From positions 16,864,001 through 16,928,000 of the forward strand of contig JBHGNT010000002.1 of the NCBI GenBank assembly GCA_043228905.1: a DNA stretch of 64,000 nt, in the 5' to 3' direction. The position numbers and the translations under genes are program-made. The notes below the pieces were generated by a model. It worked only from the letters and a program-made list of their open reading frames with translations, made no database searches and was not told the DNA's origin. Below are positions 22,706 to 33,303 of this stretch, piece by piece (position 1 is the stretch's first letter; every line of letters starts with the position of its first letter). Source of the DNA: Azolla caroliniana. Taxonomy: Eukaryota > Plantae > Polypodiophyta.

Positions 22706-24820
22706 ATGGAGGAGCAAATGAGGCTTATGTGTATGATGATGGAACGAGTGATGCGGCAACAAGGGATGATGGCAAGTATCGACAAAGCCGTCGACAATAT
22801 TCTCGCACGAGTAGGAATCTTCGAAGGTATAAATTTAACAAGATTTCTGAAGATTTATAATGAAGAAATGCTTAAACGCGGTGTCGACGAAGCTACAAAA
22901 ATTAATAATTTTAGTCGAGTCGCTGCGATTGGGCTACAAGAGAGGATCCAAGAGCTCCAAAGGGAGAATCAGACATGGACAACATTCGAAAGGGCATTAC
23001 TCAATGAATACAACCTCAACGATATGTCAAGGATGACAAGGCGAGCTTTCATGGATTGGGTAGAGTCTAATAAACATTTAAGTGTTTTGGAAGTATTAAA
23101 AGAGTTTTCTGAAAGATTTGAGCAACTAAATGTTAGAGATAGAAATATAATAGTGCTAGATAAAGTCATATTATTTCTACAAGCTACTAATATTAAAGAC
23201 AGGAAGGACTTGGGAATGCTTTTAGAAGATCAGAATAGTCCAAGTGGACTTACCGAAGACTAAGAGGAGGTGAAAAGGACGTGCGCCCATTTCTGCAAAA
23301 GAAAGTTATGGTTTATGGAGTTGCCCGACAGAAATGATGAAGAAACGGGGAATGAGTCGGGAGAAAAGAAAGTAGAAGAATCACTCTTACACAAATTGGT
23401 GAAAGGCATGAAAGACTTGTCGATCAAAGTGACGAAGCTAGAATCGGGACAAAGCTCGACTTCATCAAGGCAAGGAGGTGGAATGGTGCGAAGGTGTATG
23501 TGGTGTGATAGTATCGACCACCAGAAGAAAGATTGTCAAGAGCATAGGGATGCTCTTAATCATAATAAAATCTACTATCAAGATGGCAAGATTCACTCAA
23601 CTGAGACTCGACAACCACTTCAACTCAACTTCAGGCGAGGAGGAATGAAAAGGCTAATGGAAGATGCCGAGAGAGAAACGACTCAAGCGATACAATCCGT
23701 GGCAACCTTAGGATTGCGCGTAGAAGACTCATATGGTGGATCTGGCTTTTGGCAAGATGTGATGGATTATGCAAGAAAAGGGAAGGTTCGAGTGGATGAA
23801 TTAAAAAGAGCGGGAGATGAAATACGAAACTTCACTGGATGGAATGATCCAGTAGACGTGCTATCAGCATTCGCCCAAGTGAATGCACAAGATGTGCTAG
23901 TGGAAGAGAAGCGGAAGAGAGCTGAGGAAGCTGATCCGACAAAGAGACATGAGACACGAGAACAAAAGAGAAGGGAGATGGAAAAGGGTGCTATTGAGCC
24001 GAAGGAAGCTGATAAAGTAAAAGGAAAGACAGGCCCATCTTTCAAGCTTGCCTCAGACATAGAAACAACGACGGATATAAAAAAGGTACTAGAAACAAGA
24101 ATATTAAATAGTAAGGTAGAATTTACTTTAAGAGAAGTGTTGGGCATAGCAAAGAAAGAATTTCATGAAGTTATCATAGATATTATTAGAAGGAAGAGAC
24201 AGGTGACGGAGGAAATTACGGGAGGGTGTGCAGCAACACTCCAAGATTTGTATGGTGGCACCATCAATGCTGCAAGTGTAAAAAACCAGAATGATGTTGG
24301 CATCCATGAAGGGGATAGGAGTCACTATACAAGGGACCATTGGGCTCGAGCAACAACGGAGGCACCTGCAAAAATTGGGGAGCAGCAAATTCCATGTATT
24401 GCTTTGATCGATCATGGGTTAGAGATTAACATGATGTCATCGGAATTTTACGCTCGAGGACGATGGCCGATCGACAAGAATCATGGGTGGAAAATAAGAG
24501 CTGCCACAGAAACTACGGAGGATCTATTCGGAGCATGTCCTAGTGTGAAGGTAACAATTGGTGATGTCTCGGTGAATCAAAATTTCTTTGTGCAGGATCG
24601 ATCAACCTACCCCGTCATCCTTGGCCAGCCCTACATCACCGCAGTGAGGATGGAAACAAAGATTATTGATGATGGTTCGGCTTTCGCGAGAATCAAGAGT
24701 CAAGATGGAAGAAAGACTGTCCAATTCTTAACCGTGAGGCCCAACCATGAAAGAAACAAAGAATGCTTGAGGGAACATCCAATTCAAGAGATGGATGAAG
24801 AGTTTTCCCAGGATTTTTAG
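22706..24820 (+). CDS. Element C ORF1: gag + aspartic protease (one in-frame TAA at 23261-23263)
   Basis: ORFs 22706-23263 and 23270-24820 share one frame; zinc knuckle CMWCDSIDHQKKDC; protease ALIDHGLEIN...VILGQPY. Confidence 0.85.
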
Positions 24821-27800
24821 ATAGGGCTTTTACAGGTAGGGGCTGTGATAGCCCGAGCATAAAAGAAAACCCCATAAATAATAATGTAAATAAAGATATT
24901 CCTTGTACAATCTCATCTAATGGTGCTACTTTTATACTAAAAGTAAATAATAATAAAATACAAAATGCTTTCGAGTACTTTAAGTGTTCTGGATTAATAG
25001 ATGATGATGAAGAAATTCAGGATATGTTTGAAGAATTAAGTTTTGAAGATACAATAACTCATTTGGAAGCAATGGAAGAAGACAACGAAATCCAAGTTCC
25101 TGTCCATTCAATCAAGATGTATGAGGTCATTGAAGAAGTTGCTCGAAAGGATCATGAAGCACATGTACTAATAAAGTACAAGACAGTGGAGAAGAAGGTT
25201 CGTCCTATTGCTGCTCCACTTCCAGGGGATAGTGAAAAGGCAATCAAAGAAGCAGCCACAGAGCCAATGATCATAGACCCACGAAAGGTAGGACATGTGT
25301 TTACTCCGGAAACAATACAAGGGATGAAAATAGGAGGGGGTGATTTCCTATTACCCGCTGAAGAAAAGCAGTTCAGGGAGATGTTAAAAAGGCATGGAAA
25401 GGCGTTCGCATTCCAACCGGAAGAAATAGGGTGTGTGGATCCAGAAATTGTGGAGCCCATGGTTATATTCACTATCCCTCATATTCCATGGAACTTTAAG
25501 CCAATACCCATGCCTAGGGCTAGAATCCCTCAACTATTAGAACTTTTGAAAGAAAAGATAAGGATGGGTATCTTGGAACCATCGAACGCTCCTTACTCGA
25601 GTCGATGGTTCACTGTGTTAAAGAAAGATGGGCGACTCCGATTTATCCAAGATATGCAACCCGTGAATAAGGTAACAATCCGAAACTCGGGAGTAGGGCC
25701 AATTGTGGATGAGTTTGCTGAGATGTTTGCAGGAAGAGCTATATATTCAATGGGAGACCTTTATTCTGGGTATGATCAATTTCAACTTGCTATCAAAAGT
25801 CGAGATATAACTTCTATCAAGACACCTATAGGGTTAGTACGGATGTGCACCTTGCCGCAAGGAGCAACCAACTCAGTGGCGCATATGATGAATGGAATGA
25901 ACAAGGTACTTCGTGATTTTATTCCTCATATTACAATGCCTTTTCTAGATGATGTTCCAATTAAGGGATGCAAGGAGGAAGAGAAGAACGAGGAATTGGA
26001 CGAAAGTGGTTGCCGTCAATTCATTACCGATCATATCAAGGATTGTGAGAAGGTGCTATCAAGGATGGAAGAAGTGCATTTGACCTTATCAGGGGCGAAG
26101 TCAATATTTGGGGCAAAAGAGATATTAATAGTTGGTCATATGTGTGGCCCGTATGGGAGAAAGCCATCCCCAACCAAGGTCAATGCAATTCAAAATATGC
26201 AAGAGGAATGTACATCCATCTCAGAAGTACGAAGGTTTCTGGGGGTATGTGTTTTTTACTGTAAATGGATTCCGCATTATGCCCATTTATCTGAACCTTT
26301 ATATAGACTCCTAAGAAAAGGAGAGACATTTGAATGGAGTGAAGAGCATTCAGAGGCAATGAAGAAATTGAAGTACTACTTGGCACAAGCTCCACCATTA
26401 AAGCAACCAGACTACACCCGGCCCATATATCTCACAGTAGACTCTAGTCCCATTGGAATTGGATGGGTGATAAGCCAACAAGATAGGGAAGAAAGGTATC
26501 CAGTCCGATTCGGGGCAAAGGTTCTTAGTGGTCAACAAAGAAAATATGCACAGGTGAAAAGAGAGCTATGGGGGATAGTAACAGCTGTAAAGACTGACAG
26601 AGATTACTTAATTGGTGCTGAAGTAATAATAGAAACAGATTGTTTGCCTATTCTGGGTATCATAGCTAATTGTGATATTCCAGATCAAGCCATGTTAAGA
26701 TGGTGTATCTATATTAGATCAATCAACCCTGAAGTTCGACATATCTCTGGGAATAGAAATGCAGTAGCAGATATGTTATCAAGAGCAAGGTATGAGGAAG
26801 AGGAGATTCCAGACTCGGACGATGAGGACAAAGAACAAACAGTCCTTACCACAAGCATTACTCGGGAAGGAGGAATGCAGTTTCTAGAAGAGGAGTATGA
26901 AGAAGAGTTCAAGGAAATAGGGAAATACCTACAAACCCCTGACAAGTACAAAGGTCGATCTGGAAAAGAGTTCGCACAGTTTCGCAAGAAAGCCCATAAG
27001 TTCTTCCTGCATGAAGGATATCTATGGCGACATCCGAAAACCAAGACTGGAAACCCGCAAAGAGTAATAGGTTTTGAAGGGCAAAGAAAGGAGATAATCA
27101 AAGAGCTGCATGACAAAGAATGGGCTGGTCATCGAGGAGTGTGGGCCACTTTCAGTAAGATTAAAGAACGATTTTGGTGGCCTCGATACTATGAGCAAAT
27201 AAAAAAGTATGTGGAAACTTGTCCCACTTGTCAATATTATTCAAATGTAAAATTTTGTGATGAATTACACCCAACATACTCACCGGGGGTGCATTACAAG
27301 TGGATGATAGATTTGGTAACAATGCCACTTGGAGTAGGACAAAAGAGATACTTGGTTCTTGCTAGAGAAGATCTAACAAATCAAGTGGAAGGTCGTTCAT
27401 TGAGAACAAAAGGGACATTAGGAGTATGTCAATTCATCTTGGAGGACATTGTTTGTAGATATGGATGTATCGGGAAGATAGTGGCAGATAGGGGAGAACT
27501 CAATTCTGCGGAAGCTCAAGATTTTTTTGACAAAATAGGAATTCGGCTTTCTTTGACAACGGCGTACAATCCAGAAGCTAATGGAAAGGTAGAAAGGGGA
27601 CATGGGCCAATAGTCAAAGCTTTGGCAAAGGCATGTAGAGGACGGGTTAGTGATTGGCCAAAAACCTTACCCTATGCACTATGGGCTGATAGGACAACTC
27701 ACAACACTGTTACTGGATATATGCCTGCAGAATTAATCACAGGACAGAAGCCAATAATGCCAATTGAAGAAAAGATAACTACATGGGCTGTGTTGCCTTG

Positions 27801-28275
27801 GGAATCGGAAATGAGTAGGGAAGATTTACTTGCGGTTCGAATACGACAACTTCAATCAAGGATAGAAGACATAGAAAAAGCAGCTACTAGATTGAAAGAG
27901 GCAAGAATCAAGAATAAGGACAGATTTGACAAGATGAAAAGAATACGACCAAGAAAGGTGCAAGAGGGAGATTGGGTATTAGTATATGATAATAGCCTAG
28001 ATAATCAATACAGTACTATTCGGAAGTTTGCAAAAAGATGGTTTGGACCTTATGAAGTTAGGAAAATAACAGATAAAGCCACATATTTCCTCAATGAATT
28101 AGATGGGACAGAAATTCGTATCCCAATTGCAGGAAAAAGGATTAAAATATTTAAAAGGAGGGAGTCATTAGAGCCTGAATTTTATGAAGAAGTAAAAGAA
28201 CTAAAAGAATCGGAAGAAGTGTTGGATGAACTCTGCACAACCAATGTGCAAGTTCAGAGGGGGTGGGTGTCGTGA
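24811..28275 (+). CDS. Element C pol (RT-RNase H-integrase), probably entered by -1 frameshift
   Basis: Uninterrupted 1083-aa ORF from 25024; its frame stays open back to the slippery site GGATTTT at 24811. No chromodomain seen. Confidence 0.92.
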   Translation, partial: GFLDRAFTGRGCDSPSIKENPINNNVNKDIPCTISSNGATFILKVNNNKIQNAFEYFKCSGLIDDDEEIQDMFEELSFEDTITHLEAMEEDNEIQVPVHSIKMYEVIEEVARKDHEAHVLIKYKTVEKKVRPIAAPLPGDSEKAIKEAATEPMIIDPRKVGHVFTPETIQGMKIGGGDFLLPAEEKQFREMLKRHGKAFAFQPEEIGCVDPEIVEPMVIFTIPHIPWNFKPIPMPRARIPQLLELLKEKIRMGILEPSNAPYSSRWFTVLKKDGRLRFIQDMQPVNKVTIRNSGVGPIVDEFAEMFAGRAIYSMGDLYSGYDQFQLAIKSRDITSIKTPIGLVRMCTLPQGATNSVAHMMNGMNKVLRDFIPHITMPFLDDVPIKGCKEEEKNEELDESGCRQFITDHIKDCEKVLSRMEEVHLTLSGAKSIFGAKEILIVGHMCGPYGRKPSPTKVNAIQNMQEECTSISEVRRFLGVCVFYCKWIPHYAHLSEPLYRLLRKGETFEWSEEHSEAMKKLKYYLAQAPPLKQPDYTRPIYLTVDSSPIGIGWVISQQDREERYPVRFGAKVLSGQQRKYAQVKRELWGIVTAVKTDRDYLIGAEVIIETDCLPILGIIANCDIPDQAMLRWCIYIRSINPEVRHISGNRNAVADMLSRARYEEEEIPDSDDEDKEQTVLTTSITREGGMQFLEEEYEEEFKEIGKYLQTPDKYKGRSGKEFAQFRKKAHKFFLHEGYLWRHPKTKTGNPQRVIGFEGQRKEIIKELHDKEWAGHRGVWATFSKIKERFWWPRYYEQIKKYVETCPTCQYYSNVKFCDELHPTYSPGVHYKWMIDLVTMPLGVGQKRYLVLAREDLTNQVEGRSLRTKGTLGVCQFILEDIVCRYGCIGKIVADRGELNSAEAQDFFDKIGIRLSLTTAYNPEANGKVERGHGPIVKALAKACRGRVSDWPKTLPYALWADRTTHNTVTGYMPAELITGQKPIMPIEEKITTWAVLPWESEMSREDLLAVRIRQLQSRIEDIEKAATRLKEARIKNKDRFDKMKRIRPRKVQEGDWVLVYDNSLDNQYSTIRKFAKRWFGPYEVRKITDKATYFLNELDGTEIRIPIAGKRIKIFKRRESLEPEFYEEVKELKESEEVLDELCTTNVQVQRGWVS

Positions 28276-29187
28276 AGAATGTGCTTCACGATATAAAAAT
28301 GAGCTTAAATGTTGTATTTAATAATATTTGAGAGACTTGAACCCACATCCTTATATACAATGTACAATGTACATACCACTAGGCTAGGCTATTTATTTGT
28401 AAAGGTGTGTAATAAATGTGCTTCATGATATAAGAATGAAGCTATATATTGTATTAAGTAAAATTGAGGGACTTGAACCCTCAACCTTGTATATCAAGCA
28501 CAAACCATACACCACTAAGCTAGGTTATTTGTTTTAGGGTTATATCCATCATTATACTTATCCCAATACATGGGAGCTCAAATGAGCATGATGGCTATCA
28601 TGCATCACATGCAATGCATGTGCGCCAAATGGCGATCATGCATAAGATGTAACTCATGCATTACATGCATGACATTACCATATGCATGGAAATACTTATA
28701 AAAAGAGAGAAAAGGGGAAAATAGGGTAATCAATCAAGAGAGAGTGAGAAAATAATACAATCAAGTAAAGAAGATTAGCCATTGGGTGGAGAACGTCTCG
28801 TTTCGAAGTTGAGGTTGTGGGTTCAAATCAAGGGTCGATAGAGAATGTGTTCAGTTTGCGATCAAGGATTGTAAAGTTGGTAAAATATTGTCTTTCTAAT
28901 ATACATCATGTTTATATAAAATACACTTGCTTCTTGATTCATACTTTGTCTCAATCTTCCTTATTAAATCATATTTTGTCTCTATCTTGCTTCTTGAATC
29001 ATATGTTGTCTCTATCTTCTATCTATTCTCATCTCTCTCACACACACACATTACTCGTAACTCTTCTTCTTGCTACTCTTAACCTTTCTAACATCACCAT
29101 ACAAGCATTATTAAAATTTAAGTTCCTTCAACTCCCCTTAACCTTCGTCCCTGCTACTTCGCCGCACGAACCACAACTACCCCGACA

Positions 29188-30381
29188 CCGTCTCTCAGCG
29201 CGGTCCGTTTCATCTTTCCTCAGCCGTGCGCCGGCAAGACCTTCCAGCATTGCCGACCAGAATCCGTCTTTGCCCTCCTTTCGGGCCTCGCTGCCCCCGA
29301 CCCAAATGCCGGCCGACGCCGAGTAGTGGATGGCCTCCACGTCTCGGGCCGCTGCCTCTTCCATCAGTCTCTTCATTCCTCCTCGCCCGTCGTTTCGGTT
29401 TAGGGCCCTTCTGGTGTCGCCGACATGCACCCGGCCTTCCCATAGGTACACCACCCGGTTCCTCAACGCTTCTGCGAAATCGCCGCAGTCCTTCTGGATG
29501 TGGCCGACCTCGTCGCACCACATGCACCTGTTCCCCGCTGTCGGCCGTCGGTCACGAGCCGGTTCGCCGTCGTCCCTTCGAGTCTGGGCGATCTGGAGAT
29601 CCTTTATCGCCCGCGTCAACTCCTCCAGCGCTGCTCCTCCGGACGAGCCATTGACCATGCCGGTCGAAGCCGGACCGGTTTCGAGCCATTCCCGGGTTTC
29701 TTCCCTTCGCACTTGCGGTGCCGGTTCAAGCCTCCTTGCTGTGACAGAGCCCGCACTGGCCGCCCCGTTGTCAGCCCATTCTCGCCGTTTGTCGAAACGG
29801 CCACAGACTCTCTTCACCGCAGCCTAGTCGGTTGTCAGCCCGTCTTCGGTTTCCAGCAAGGAGCCGACTTGATCCCGGTCCCGCTCGTCCACCGACTTGA
29901 CGAAAAGTAGGACCCGGCTCATATCCAGAATGGTTCGATCAAGCGCCGAAAGGCGCGCAAAGCGTTTTTCGAACTCCCGGAGGAGTGCCGACGCGTTTCT
30001 TCCCTTGCCGGGGGACTCCACCCATTCCATGAAGTCTCGTTTCGAAAGCCGGAGCGCGTCGTCCAACCCGTATTTTTATAGGAGTCGGCCTTCGAACTCC
30101 TCCCAGGTACGGCTCTCCGCCCGCACCTCGAGCACCTCCGCATGGATGCTCGGCATCGCCACTTGAGGAAACCCGGCAAGACGCCTCTCTTCCAGAATGT
30201 CCCGCATCAGCATTTCTGCCCCGTAGGACGCCAAATACTTCGTGGCATCCTTTCCGCTGAACCGGCCGATCGTACCGACGACCGCCTCAATGGCTCTGTC
30301 GAGGGCGCCGGAGCCCTCGCGTGCGCTCAATATCCGATCCACGGCCGAAGCCATGGCCTCCGCAAGATCCGACCCTTTCAT
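29188..30381 (-). pseudogene. Element B gag, N-terminal part
   Basis: Homologous to the gag of C; zinc knuckle CMWCDEVGHIQKDC; contains stops. Confidence 0.85.
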
Positions 30382-31103
30382 CTTCTGCTCTTCTGCCGCC
30401 TCCTGCACGTCGGGTTCACCAAGATGTCGAGGTATTCCTCGCGGATGCGTGGAATGAGGCGGGACCTCGGGGGTGGTCCTGTACCAAAGAGCAAGAGAGA
30501 AAGGAAAAGAGACCCACTAGGTGCGAGCGTAGATTCACAGGGACACGGCCCTTCGACACAAAGACGCGAGTGGGACAGCGACACGGAGAGACACGAATGT
30601 ATGTATCTATTAACAAAGACAACAACAAGAACACGAAAGCAACAAAACACGAAGTCGGTTACAACCGAACAGGCCGGCGAACAGATGCCGATGCCTGTTC
30701 GTAAACGTACAGAAAGAAAGGAGCAGGTTGGAGGTGCTGCCGGAAGCACTCGAGCATTCCTCAGAGCAGCGCGAGCCTCCCGAAACCTGTATAAAAAGAA
30801 GCTATGGAGTTTGCGAGCCAGAGAGAGAGAGAAGCCTTCGCCCACAAACCGACAACACTTCGTCCTCGACTCTCCGCGATCCCTTCCTCCTCCTCGTCTC
30901 CCTCCTCTTATAGGCAAAAAGGGAGCCATTTCCTATTAACTCCCTACCTACCGAATCTGCCTGCCTAGGATCTCCTATGTACAACATAAGGCGCACGTGC
31001 ATGAAGAGCCGGTTCCTACGCTCCGGTGCACCGATTCCGCTTGTGGACGGTTTTCTTCACGACAACGTTGTAAATGAAGAGAGAGGGTGACTCTATATAA
31101 AGC

Positions 31104-33303
31104 CCAATAATAATGGATATGCATCGGGTGCATCTAAGTGAAGAACTACTGCTGAAATCAGGAATGTGTGGCCACCTATAACAATATCTAATTTGTCGAA
31201 TAGACCAAGTGGTCGGACCATGCTTGTGTCGTCCATCCGTAACCATAATGGACATGCATCCCATTTGGTAATGCCGAGTCAATCACACGTAAGTTTATTA
31301 ATTACATTGACCCTCAAACCACCGTCAACAATGCTTCCTATAACTTCTTGGCCCCGAATTATCACCTTAATTGATGGACTCTGCTCGTCCATCATAGTCG
31401 AACCATTCACAAGATTGCTATAATTTACTGATACTTTTTCTACCCATTGTTTGCAATAAATGTGGCGACCTTCTCAGTGAAGCGAGGCACTAATTTTAAT
31501 AATCCTTTCAAAGGTAATGATACTTGACAATCGGCCAAGACCTTCCATGTTTCCTTGTCTGCAGGTGTTAGAGTCGGCTCTGACTGTTTGATTGGTTGAA
31601 CGTTCGCCTTGTAAGTCGATATAGCATTTTCTTGCATCATTCGGGCCCCGTTGCTATTGTCATCCTCAACCCATTCTTTAGCCACTTTTCTTACAATCTC
31701 CTGCACTTCCCACTCCGATTGTTTACCCTTACTGCATGTGGTTACTTGCTATACTTCCAACATGACCATATTGACTGCCAATGCTTTGCCTTTACCTTTT
31801 GTTGGGCATTGATTAGCATAGTGGCCATCTTTCCTGCAAATATAGCAAGTTGGCACCGTTGAGCCACTTGATTCACCGTTTTCATACTGAGGTCTGTGAC
31901 CATCTTGAGATTCGAAGTTATCTCCATCTCTAGAATCATGTTGGAAATGTCGAGATCCGTTCGACTTTCGGTTATCATTGAATCGACGATTTGATTGTCA
32001 ATTGCCATCATTTTTCCTGTGATTATTGAACCTTCTATCATCCTAATATTGACCACCCCTATAAGGTTGACGATTATTGTTATCACGTCGGGTTGAGTAA
32101 TCCCGATCATAATTGTTCAGACTATCCCGCCAATAGTAGTCGCTTCATCATCGTGCTGAGTATCATTACCTTGGTCTGATCTATATTGATCATCATATCT
32201 TGGTCGATCTTCTTCTTGCGACCGATGTGCTGATTGATTCCGATCCTCATGAAAGTTCTTCTCAGGATGAATCTGTCGAACTGGCACGACTATTTTCTTG
32301 AGCAAATTATACTCATATTGCTCGACCGAATGAGCCTTGGAATGGCAGATCGTACAATGAGTACGTAAACTGCATTCCATCATCGAATGCCCTGTGTTGA
32401 GACAAGTGGTACATTGCACCGTTTGTTGGAACCTCAACTCCTCTAATGTAGGTAAATTTCTATGCAATGTTGACATATTCATACTATTATTATTGTGAGT
32501 ACAATCCATTGCCAAAGCTTTGTCCATCACTTGCTCCAGTTATTGATTTCGAAAATCGAGTAATGTGAGTGTTGTTCAAAGAGGCTCACGTATTGCCGCC
32601 AAGAAGATATCCTTCAGTTCTTCTTCTAGAATTGGGCGCGAAATTTGGAGTCGTAGATTTTGAAACCTAATCACGAATTGTGACATCGTTTCATGAGGCT
32701 CCTGATACACCACATAAAATTGGCCAATGAGATCCTTCTGTGGGATCTACCCATAAAATTATTGGGTAAACTTTGCAGATAATGGTTCTAGTGAGTTGAA
32801 CACCTTTGGCCCATTCTAGGCATACAAATTTGCCGACAGTCCGTCGAGTGATAATACGAACTCAACGATTTTAGATTTTTCTTTGGCAGCAATTGACAAT
32901 TGTTGTGCCACATGGTTCACTTCCCATGTCGTCAGAAAGTCACGAACATGCGCCTCCGCATTGGCTCCTTCTCGATACTTTGAGCAATGGTATGACATTG
33001 TATCCTCCTCCCAAATGTGAAAAGAATATCCTTGATCAGACTGCTCCTCGTCTGAGTTGCTATCTATTAGATTGGGAATTTCACTCCACTCCCTTTCAGC
33101 TTCTTGTTGGATCTGGTTAAGAATTTTTGAACCTTCTGCAATCCCACCTCCTGGTCTTTTGCGGCCTACAAGTGCAACCAGACTAGATGACATCCATTCC
33201 CCTTGATCGTTGCCTATAGCAGATGTAACCGGGTGTGCCAAAATATTGTGTTGATCTATAGACAACCGACTATGGTAACCGACAAGCACAATAGGTCGAA
33301 CGT
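31104..33303 (-). mobile_element. Degenerate gag-protease of the outermost Gypsy (element D family)
   Basis: AEAHVRDFLTTWEVNHV, QCTTCLNTGHSMMEC...CTICHSKAH and QVSLPLKGLLKLVPRFTE, all matching element D. Confidence 0.8.

Larger units (their letters stand above)
21747..29187 (+). mobile_element. Gypsy element C (AT-rich, Trp PBS), near intact, inserted in the gag of element B
   Basis: 920-bp LTRs 21747-22666 and 28268-29187 (about 10 differences by eye); PBS 22671-22688; PPT 28256-28267; 4-bp TSD CCGT at 21743-21746 and 29188-29191. Confidence 0.96.
16635..31064 (-). mobile_element. Gypsy element B (GC-rich, Trp PBS), full length, carrying nested element C
   Basis: LTRs 30425-31064 and 16635-17271; PBS 30406-30421; PPT 17272-17284; 4-bp TSD ACGT at 16631-16634 and 31065-31068. 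Confidence 0.95.
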
